A stretch of DNA of 6,043 bases from Promethearchaeota archaeon (GCA_048939465.1 JBHLPL010000114.1:1-6043), one strand, 5' to 3'. Positions 1 through 6,043 are shown, numbered from the stretch's first letter. A program made the numbers and translations. Notes: a model not told the origin generated them from the sequence alone.

Positions 1-1747
1 AGAATTCAATCTTCTTTCGGGTATCATTAACGTATGGGTTTGTATCATTATATGTCTCCCAGAAACCGGATGAGTTATCGGCTCCACTTAGGATAGTCAT
101 GATGGTAGGGGTTCCTGTCAGAGTTATATTGACATAAACTACGCCAGGTTCAAAGCCAGGCTTCAATAAATAGACCTTGGCTGTGTAGTTACCTCCAGTC
201 ATTCCTGTGGTGAAAAGCTCTATAGTGTAATTACCTCCGCTGTTCCACGCGAAGTCAGGCTCTCCTCCTTCCCATGGGCTTTGAGTGTCATTATCCAAGG
301 CTGCCACTTGACTCAGATTAGTTATTCCTTGGGATGGAATTAAATCTGTTCGGTTATATTGGACATCAAAAAAGGCGGAATTACCGACTATTGTGTAGCC
401 AGGTTGACTAAGGACCTCAGCATCTGTGGAGACGTATCCGTAGACTAAAAGTCGTCCATTTTGGTCGCTCTCTGAAATGCCTAATCCGTTATTTGGTCCG
501 GCTTTTCCCACCATTAACTCTGTTAAGCTATCGTTATCCGCGTCCCAGCACGTAATGTGGTTAAAAGGTCCTGCCTGCGTTCCAATCCACCCAATTTGCG
601 GGTCTTCCAGTTCTAGGCTGGTCTGAAGGGGATCCCACTCGTATACGGAAAGATTACCTTCAATCGTGGTTGAAATCAGCTCATTCCTGATGTCATCATC
701 CGAATCTATTATCTTAAGACCCCAGACATGTGAAGAACCCCCAATGGATAGACTCTCAAGCAGATCATAATCGTTCTCAGCAACACTTACCAAGACTTTG
801 ATAACTCCAGTGTCTTCACCCACAACTAGCTCATTTTTGCCATCTTCATTGACGTCTCCGACCGCCACGCCATAGCTGGTTCCTACGTTATTCTGCAGTT
901 GTGGGTCATTATCAGAATCCCATTCTTCAACATACGTAGAACCGTTGACAACTATTATCCTCCCATCTATGTGAGCTACAATCTCCTTCTTTCCATCGTT
1001 ATCAGGATCCCCTATGACAGCTGTATAGCTTACCTCATTTTGATACAACTTAGGCTGAACTTTGTTCCGAGTCTTTGTGTTTGATCTGCTCCAATCTCCA
1101 GGATAATCTTGAAAAAGGGTCTCGCTTAATACATATATCTCCCCATCATGAGATGTGCTTTCACCGTACGCCGGGAGGCCACTGACAAATATTATTTCAT
1201 TTTCACCGTCGTCATCTAGATCCTCAACAATTATGGTTGTAACAATTCTATCTTCCTCCCACAGCTCTATGTCCTGTTTGAAGACAAAACCCGAACCGTT
1301 CCATTCTAGGATCGTTACGTGACCTAGATTGCCTACCAGTACATCTTGTGAAGAGGGGTTCTTGTTTATTTCGCCTAAAGCAATTGAGTAGATTCCGGTT
1401 TGGTCCGCACCGAGTTTAAGATTAAGAGACCCTATACTAACGTTCAAAACATGACTGTACTGGTTATCGCTTCCATTATAGATGTACAGCTTTCCACTAT
1501 CGGAACCGGTCAATATCTCAAAAGCCCCATCATTACCCAAGTCTCCCACCAGCACAGGAATGGCGGCATTATGGATTGTGGAGGGGTTGCTCAGGCTCTG
1601 ATTGAACTCTAGATAAGTAGGAATATAATAAGACGATAGGGTTTGACCTGTAATCTGAGAGGAAGGAGTAGCAGATACGCTGGAAGAGATAAGCACTATT
1701 GAGAGGACAAGTAGTCCTATTGATGGTATTTTTTTCGAGAGTCTCAT
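1..1747 (-). CDS. Secreted/cell-surface FG-GAP (VCBS-like) repeat beta-propeller protein with downstream Ig-like region; partial, continues beyond position 1 (>=582 aa)
   Basis: Manual translation of the minus strand gives an unbroken frame from ATG at 1747-1745 (upstream in-frame TAA, SD-like GAGGG) to the window edge. The N-terminus MRLSKKIPSIGLLVLSIVLISSSVSA is a Sec signal peptide. Seven repeats follow: VLVGDLGNDGAFEILTG, IALGEINKNPSSQDVLVG, IIVEDLDDDGENEIIF, AVIGDPDNDGKKEIVA, VAVGDVNEDGKNELVVG, LKIIDSDDDIRNELIS, ITCWDADNDSLTELMVG. After them is beta-rich sequence (GGNYTIELFTTGMTGGNYTAKVYLLKPGFEPGVVYVNITL). Confidence 0.93.
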   Translation of the reverse strand, partial: MRLSKKIPSIGLLVLSIVLISSSVSATPSSQITGQTLSSYYIPTYLEFNQSLSNPSTIHNAAIPVLVGDLGNDGAFEILTGSDSGKLYIYNGSDNQYSHVLNVSIGSLNLKLGADQTGIYSIALGEINKNPSSQDVLVGNLGHVTILEWNGSGFVFKQDIELWEEDRIVTTIIVEDLDDDGENEIIFVSGLPAYGESTSHDGEIYVLSETLFQDYPGDWSRSNTKTRNKVQPKLYQNEVSYTAVIGDPDNDGKKEIVAHIDGRIIVVNGSTYVEEWDSDNDPQLQNNVGTSYGVAVGDVNEDGKNELVVGEDTGVIKVLVSVAENDYDLLESLSIGGSSHVWGLKIIDSDDDIRNELISTTIEGNLSVYEWDPLQTSLELEDPQIGWIGTQAGPFNHITCWDADNDSLTELMVGKAGPNNGLGISESDQNGRLLVYGYVSTDAEVLSQPGYTIVGNSAFFDVQYNRTDLIPSQGITNLSQVAALDNDTQSPWEGGEPDFAWNSGGNYTIELFTTGMTGGNYTAKVYLLKPGFEPGVVYVNITLTGTPTIMTILSGADNSSGFWETYNDTNPYVNDTRKKIEF

Positions 1748-1783
1748 CTTTCGTCCCTCTTAGCCCCTCAAACGAATTCGGCG

Positions 1784-1807
1784 CTGAGATGAATCGCCTT
1801 TTCTCAG
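1784..1807. repeat. Inverted repeat CTGAGA-N12-TCTCAG (possible operator)
   Basis: CTGAGA at 1784-1789 and TCTCAG at 1802-1807, lying between the minus-strand TATA box and the predicted transcription start. Confidence 0.35.
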
Positions 1808-1810
1808 TCC

Positions 1811-1826
1811 TTTATAAACCCTTTCC
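1811..1826 (-). promoter_or_regulatory. Candidate archaeal BRE + TATA box for the FG-GAP gene
   Basis: The minus strand reads GGAAAGGG-TTTATAAA: a purine-rich BRE-like stretch directly 5' of a consensus TATA box. This predicts a start site near 1785 and a ~40 nt leader containing GAGGG before ATG 1747. Confidence 0.6.
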
Positions 1827-2043
1827 TCCGAGATGTTACCCGCGTATTATAATCTTGAAAAACACAAATAAATATCTTTTTTTTTTGATTTAGGTACACC
1901 AACACAGTGGGTCTTGTTACGTCAAACTGGATACTATAAATCTGGTTGATCTAGGCGATATCTTGAAATTCAGCAATCCATAAAGATTCTTAAGCTTCGT
2001 TTACCTGAGAACACCTTAGAAATCTTCACGTGGAGACTCGATT

Positions 2044-2880
2044 ATGGCCCTAATAGAAATGAAGAACCTAACGTTTACCTATGCGAATAGCAGTCAACCT
2101 GCCATTCGCGACATAGACTTGGCAGTTGACAAAGGCGAATTCGTCCTGGTAACAGGTCCGACGGGGTGCGGTAAGACCACGTTCTGTCGTTGCCTAAATG
2201 GCCTTATTCCTCACTTCCATGCAGGACAGCTAAAGGGAGAAGTCTTTGTGGACGGCCTTAATACTGCCGACCATCAAGTCTATGAACTGGCACAAAAGGT
2301 TGGGCTCGTCTTCCAGAATCCGGAAAATCAGTTGGTCGCCCTAAATGCCCGGCGAGAGCTTGCCTTTGCCCCAGAGAATCTAGGCCTGCCCAGAGAGGAA
2401 ATTGAGAAACGCGTTGAAGAAACGCTTGACGTTGTTGACATTCAAGACTTGAGTGAAAAGGCGCCTTATGAAATGTCTGGGGGAGAGCAACAACAGGTTG
2501 CTATCGCCTCCCTCCTTACGCTGAAGCCCAAGATTCTTGTTCTAGATGAGCCGACATCAAATCTTGATCCGGTAAGCGCAAAGCATATTCTGGAACTTCT
2601 GAACGGATTGAACAGACGCTCCGGAATAACGATAATTCTTATCGAACATCGTCTGGAGATGGTCTCAAAGTATGCTGATCGCGCAATCATTCTAGATAGA
2701 GGTAGAGCAGTTTTGGATGGCAACCCTAGGGAAGTCTTCTCAACAGATTTGGTTGAAGAGCTGGGCATAGGAGTTCCAAAAATTGCCCAGCTTTTCAAGA
2801 TTTTGAAGCGAAAAGGCCTCGATATGAACATTCCTCTATCCGTGGAAGAGGCAAGAGACATGTTACTGAGGTTAATCTGA
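2044..2880 (+). CDS. ecfA1: Energy-coupling factor (ECF) transporter ATP-binding protein A
   Basis: Walker A GPTGCGKT, Q-loop FQNPENQ, signature MSGGEQQQV, Walker B ILVLDEPT and H-loop IEH. GGAG SD at 2032-2035. It is followed by a second ATPase and EcfT. Confidence 0.95.
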   Translation: MALIEMKNLTFTYANSSQPAIRDIDLAVDKGEFVLVTGPTGCGKTTFCRCLNGLIPHFHAGQLKGEVFVDGLNTADHQVYELAQKVGLVFQNPENQLVALNARRELAFAPENLGLPREEIEKRVEETLDVVDIQDLSEKAPYEMSGGEQQQVAIASLLTLKPKILVLDEPTSNLDPVSAKHILELLNGLNRRSGITIILIEHRLEMVSKYADRAIILDRGRAVLDGNPREVFSTDLVEELGIGVPKIAQLFKILKRKGLDMNIPLSVEEARDMLLRLI

Positions 2881-2881
2881 A

Positions 2882-3709
2882 ATGATCCAGACAGAAGACC
2901 TATGGTATACTTACCCCAATGGCGCTCAGGCCCTAAAAGGGATATCACTAGAGATTCGTGACGGTGAGGTTGTAACGGTACTTGGTGAAAATGGTGCAGG
3001 AAAGACCACTCTTATGAAGCATTTCAATGGACTGCTTAGGCCTCAGCAAGGTAGGGTTCTGATTGACGGTATAGACACCCGAACCATGTCTGTTGCGCAG
3101 CTAGCCAGAACGGTTGCCTTCGTTTTTCAGAACGCAGATTATCAGCTCTTCAGCGAAACCGTTGAGAAAGAGCTATTATTTACCCTGAGAAATCTTGGTT
3201 TTGATGAAAATGCCGCCGGAGAGCGGATTGACAAAACTCTAAAACTCCTTGATTTGGAGGGCTACCAGAGCAGGTCTCCCTTTGCGCTAAGTGGTGGCGA
3301 GCGAAAGAGAGTTGCGCTGGCTTCCGTTATATGCGCCGATCCAAAGATGCTGATATTAGACGAACCGACGATAGGCCAGGATGCTTCTCAGAAAAGAAGA
3401 CTGGCCCAGTTAATTGAGGAGTTCGGGGGGGCAGGAAGGACGATTTTCGTTGTAACGCACGATGTTGAGTTTGCTGTTCGGAACTTTCCCAGAGCAATCA
3501 TTATGGCAGGCGGTCGTATTGTTGCAGATGGCCCTTCAAAGAAGGTTTTAACAAAATCAAACATTTTAGATGTTGCAGGTCTTCTACCTCCGCAGATAAC
3601 TGAGCTCTCCTTGAAGCTGAATGAAGTAAAGAAAACCTTTCCGAAGAATCTAACTACACCGGATGAACTGGCCTCATACATACTCCAAAATATGGGGGGA
3701 AGACAATGA
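2882..3709 (+). CDS. ecfA2: ECF transporter ATP-binding protein A'
   Basis: Walker A GENGAGKT, Q-loop FQNADYQLF, signature LSGGERKRV, Walker B LILDEPT and H-loop THD. Starts 1 nt after the ecfA1 stop. Confidence 0.95.
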   Translation: MIQTEDLWYTYPNGAQALKGISLEIRDGEVVTVLGENGAGKTTLMKHFNGLLRPQQGRVLIDGIDTRTMSVAQLARTVAFVFQNADYQLFSETVEKELLFTLRNLGFDENAAGERIDKTLKLLDLEGYQSRSPFALSGGERKRVALASVICADPKMLILDEPTIGQDASQKRRLAQLIEEFGGAGRTIFVVTHDVEFAVRNFPRAIIMAGGRIVADGPSKKVLTKSNILDVAGLLPPQITELSLKLNEVKKTFPKNLTTPDELASYILQNMGGRQ

Positions 3710-4479
3710 GCGAAAGAGCGATTTCTCTATTTGAAGCTTTCAGATTCAAGAGAAAAAATACCCCCATACATAACCTAGACCCCAGGGCAAAGCTCTATCT
3801 TGCGATTATTGCCTCAGCGATTAGTCTAATATTTGCAGAGCTTGTACTCCTTGTTATCCTCCTGCTGTCCCTTATTCCCATAATTGCTGTGGCCGGATCC
3901 ATAAGGGAATGGGCGAAAAGCATGCGCGGATTGGTCATATTTATGGTCTTCATCGCAGTCATAAACACAATCTTCACAACGATTACCTTTGCCGTAGCAA
4001 TGGTTACCCGTCTGGTGGCATTGATGACGGCATTTTCAATATTTTTCCTAACAGTCCATCCGGACGATCTGGCTCAGGCTCTTATCCAGATGCGAATCCC
4101 CTTTAGTTTTGCTTTCGCCATGAGCATGGCAATACGATACGTACCCACAATAGCACAGGAGGCGCAAACCATAAGAGAAGCTCAAATGTCTCGAGGCTTA
4201 GAGCTAGAACGGGGAAATATCATCAAACGCATCAGGAATTTCATTCCGATAATTGTGCCGCTCATCATAGGCTCGATAAGAAGAGCATTGTCGGTTGCCG
4301 AAAGCCTTGAAAGCCGAGCTTTTGGCTCCACAAAAAACAGGACTTATCTATACCCCCTTAAAATGGGAGTAAAGGATTATGCAGTAATCGTCATCTTAAC
4401 GTTTATTCTAATAGGCCTAGTTTACATACGGTTCTTTGTGGGTTTGCCATCATGGGCGTATTGGACGCTACCCTTCTAA
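3706..4479 (+). CDS. ecfT: ECF transporter transmembrane component T (CbiQ/EcfT family)
   Basis: N-terminal IHNLDPRAKL motif, hydrophobic helices, RYVPTIAQEAQTIREAQMSRG and LESRAFG coupling-helix X-R-X motifs. ATGA overlap with the ecfA2 stop. Confidence 0.95.
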   Translation: MSERAISLFEAFRFKRKNTPIHNLDPRAKLYLAIIASAISLIFAELVLLVILLLSLIPIIAVAGSIREWAKSMRGLVIFMVFIAVINTIFTTITFAVAMVTRLVALMTAFSIFFLTVHPDDLAQALIQMRIPFSFAFAMSMAIRYVPTIAQEAQTIREAQMSRGLELERGNIIKRIRNFIPIIVPLIIGSIRRALSVAESLESRAFGSTKNRTYLYPLKMGVKDYAVIVILTFILIGLVYIRFFVGLPSWAYWTLPF

Positions 4480-4523
4480 TCAATCACAATACTTTTTAAC
4501 TTCTCAACGTAAATATCCAGAGG

Positions 4524-5123
4524 TTGGTGAGTCCCTTGGTCGTGTATCTCTCACCTAGCTGGAATCAAATATATTCTATGTTACTGGAGCTTTCTGAAAA
4601 AATCCACGGGAGTAACTTCAAGCCAGACATTATTCTGGGAATAGCAAGAGGCGGATGGGTAGTCGGTAGAATAATGTCTGATCTCCTCTCAAATAAGCAT
4701 ACTGCCAACCTGAAAATCGAATTCTACACAGACATTGCAAAAACTGCAAAAACACCAAAAATAACCCAACCCGTCTCAACTGACGTAAAAGACAAACGTG
4801 TACTGGTTTGTGATGATGTATCAGATACTGGAAAGAGTTTGGCAGTCGCTGTGGAATACCTAAAGGAAAAGGCTACAAAGGAGACAAAGGTTGCCTGCCT
4901 TCACAAAAAATCATGGTCCATCTTTACGCCCGACTTCTACATTGCCGATACAGATGACTGGGTAATCTATCCTTGGGAGGTAAAGGAAACCATAGATATG
5001 ATCGTGAAAAGAATGAAAGAAGAAGGCAAGAGTAACCAAGAAATAATCGAAGAATTGAATAGGACTGGAATTGATCCGCCCGTCCTAAGCTATTTTATAG
5101 AGAATCTGGCTCTTGAAAAATGA
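4524..5123 (+). CDS. Type I phosphoribosyltransferase (purine PRT-like, hypoxanthine/guanine/xanthine type); start uncertain (TTG 4524, GTG 4527, TTG 4536 or GTG 4542)
   Basis: PRPP-binding motif VLVCDDVSDTGKSL, PPi loop ILGIARGG and the C-terminal PDFY...WVIYPWE motif. The GGTGAG at 4526-4531 favours a start at 4536 or 4542. Confidence 0.9.
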   Translation: MVSPLVVYLSPSWNQIYSMLLELSEKIHGSNFKPDIILGIARGGWVVGRIMSDLLSNKHTANLKIEFYTDIAKTAKTPKITQPVSTDVKDKRVLVCDDVSDTGKSLAVAVEYLKEKATKETKVACLHKKSWSIFTPDFYIADTDDWVIYPWEVKETIDMIVKRMKEEGKSNQEIIEELNRTGIDPPVLSYFIENLALEK

Positions 5124-5724
5124 GGGCTATACTTTGATCATAAAAACGATTGAAGAATCCGATTTTGGCAAGAAGTTTGTGAGTATTACTGCTGTAACCA
5201 ATCATAAATTCGAGCAGTCCGATTTGTTTCAGGAACTGGGGCAACTCTCCCAAGGACTAAATGTGGTTTTCCAAGTTTTTGACGCCGATTATGTCGCCAC
5301 ATGGGAACACCTGTTTTTTGCAACGCTTCACGCTCTGAAAGCATTTGAGCAAGGGAGAAACATCTCAGATAAAACAGAGGTTGAAATACTTCTATACGCG
5401 TCTGCCCAACGCCAGATTGGCCTGGCATTAGAACTAGCTGGCATAAAATCTGATACTAAACATATAGCTCTAATAGCAGTAGGCGATACCCAGAGAGTAG
5501 TTGAAGTGGGAGTCGCTAAAGTGATTAAATCTATGAAAGGTATCGAAAAAGACGAACTTTTAGATATACAGAATGAAGAGAAATTCTCAAAGCTCTGCAA
5601 ACTCTTCAACATAGGTGAGGAAGAGCTGACTGCGGTAATTGTGTCAAAAAATTGGAAAGATCGAGTTGATGGGCTCAAAAAGATAGTTCTGGATAGATCA
5701 GCACTGCTTGCTGTTGAAAAGTAA
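5113..5724 (+). CDS. cgi121: KEOPS complex subunit Cgi121 (likely true start TTG 5134)
   Basis: Family-typical segments QVFDADYVATWEHLFFATLHALKAFEQGRNIS, EILLYASAQRQIGLALELAGIK and C-terminal DRSALLAVEK. GAGGG at 5122-5126 sits 7 nt before TTG 5134. Confidence 0.88.
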   Translation: MKNEGYTLIIKTIEESDFGKKFVSITAVTNHKFEQSDLFQELGQLSQGLNVVFQVFDADYVATWEHLFFATLHALKAFEQGRNISDKTEVEILLYASAQRQIGLALELAGIKSDTKHIALIAVGDTQRVVEVGVAKVIKSMKGIEKDELLDIQNEEKFSKLCKLFNIGEEELTAVIVSKNWKDRVDGLKKIVLDRSALLAVEK

Positions 5725-5870
5725 ACTACCCCACCTATCGGATGGAGCTTATAGCTGTGCTCGGTATCAGCCCTATGCCGTTGGGCATAATTTCAACCTC
5801 ATCACACGCTAAATCATGGGCTTGTTTACAAAAGCCCAGCCCGGTGATCCGCGTATAGCGTTGGGCTATG
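5701..5870 (-). ncRNA. Predicted TnpB omegaRNA/reRNA: scaffold ~5870-5721 plus guide ~5720-5701
   Basis: Established biology: the TnpB guide RNA overlaps the tnpB 3' end and right end, and takes its guide from flanking DNA. Seen here: hairpins TGGGCTT/AAGCCCA (5817-5838), TATGCC/GGCATA (5774-5789), AGCCC/GGGCT (5863-5867 with 5838-5842) and the terminal hairpin 5729-5747. Boundaries are approximate. Confidence 0.65.
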
Positions 5871-6043
5871 TTTCTTGCACCGTTCAGATCGGAGTTGAGG
5901 GTGTGTCCGCACACCTTGCATTGGAAGAATCCTACATGCCGGGAAGTGTTCCTGCTGTGACACCTGTTACACTCTTTGCTAGTGTAGTGTGGCTTAACAT
6001 AGACCACTCTGATTCCTTTAAGGGTAGCTTTGTACTCCAAAAA
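5721..6043 (-). mobile_element. IS200/IS605 (IS1341-like) insertion sequence, right end; left part outside the window
   Basis: tnpB 3' end followed by TAAG-CTCCATC-CGATA-GGTGGGG-TAGTTTAC, an imperfect subterminal hairpin plus terminal TTAC. This resembles the AAGCCCC...GGGGTAGTTCAC-type right ends of archaeal IS605/IS1341 elements. No target duplication is expected for this family. Confidence 0.8.
5735..6043 (-). CDS. tnpB: TnpB (IS200/IS605-family RNA-guided nuclease; Cas12f-like fold), C-terminal part; 5'-partial
   Basis: The reverse complement reads FLEYKATLKGIRVVYVKPHYTSKECNRC...FQCKVCGHTLNSDLNGARNIA: the LEYKA helix, a TS-x-CxxC...CxxC zinc finger and the RuvC-III Asp (SDLNGARNI). Stop TAG at 5737-5735. 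The frame is open at the window edge. The track lists it as + but the protein is encoded on the minus strand. Confidence 0.92.
   Translation of the reverse strand, partial: FLEYKATLKGIRVVYVKPHYTSKECNRCHSRNTSRHVGFFQCKVCGHTLNSDLNGARNIAQRYTRITGLGFCKQAHDLACDEVEIMPNGIGLIPSTAISSIR

Noticed and set aside
21-238. Short direct repeats (GTATCATTA x2; GTGTARTTACCTCC x2, 42 bp apart; GCCAGG x2)
   Set aside because: They are explained by repeated peptide motifs (NDT, GGNYT, PG) in the Ig-like coding region. They are too few and irregular for a CRISPR array or VNTR.
899-1893. Short + strand ORFs 899..1084, 1400..1612 and 1699..1893
   Set aside because: They are shadow ORFs antisense to the long FG-GAP gene or spanning its promoter, with no recognisable motifs.
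1890-2043. Possible riboswitch or tRNA upstream of the ECF operon
   Set aside because: I could see no TPP, cobalamin, FMN or preQ1 consensus and no cloverleaf. An Infernal/Rfam scan would be the decisive test.
2466-5678. ORFs 2466..2948, 3388..3681, 3795..3977, 5186..5428, 5328..5678 (-) and 3909..4106 (+)
   Set aside because: They overlap well-supported ecf or cgi121 genes almost entirely, in antisense or alternative frames, and show no family features.
5713-5717. Alternative element end at TTCAA (IS608/ISDra2-like TCAA) 8 nt further out
   Set aside because: It is too far from the hairpin, does not fit the TAAG foot tetramer, lies within normal-looking Cgi121 C-terminal codons, and the pseudoknot complement points to GTTTAC as the end.
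5735-6040. ORF track lists the 101-aa ORF on the + strand
   Set aside because: The listed protein is the translation of the reverse complement (TTG GAG TAC AAA from 6040 downward). It is a minus-strand, 5'-truncated tnpB and the TTG is not a real start.
5735-6043. Possible Cas12f/Cas14 CRISPR effector
   Set aside because: No CRISPR repeats, cas genes or array are in the window, and an IS605-type right end directly follows the gene. TnpB is the better call, although the upstream context is not visible.

Overview
Archaeal genomic window; TATA/BRE promoter elements and GGTGA/GAGG ribosome-binding sites are visible, and a TACK/Asgard-type host is my inference only. (1) A large secreted protein gene on the minus strand (<1..1747) is missing from the ORF track because it runs off the window. 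It has a signal peptide, seven FG-GAP/VCBS-like Ca-binding repeats (probable 7-bladed beta-propeller) and then Ig-like beta-sandwich sequence. (2) After a ~300 bp divergent promoter region comes a plus-strand cluster: ecfA1-ecfA2-ecfT (an ECF module with no S-component), a type I phosphoribosyltransferase and KEOPS subunit cgi121. (3) The 3' end of an IS200/IS605-family tnpB element lies on the MINUS strand (the track labels it +). Its right-end hairpin and terminal TTAC overlap the cgi121 stop codon. The predicted omega/reRNA guide would therefore be the antisense 3' end of cgi121.
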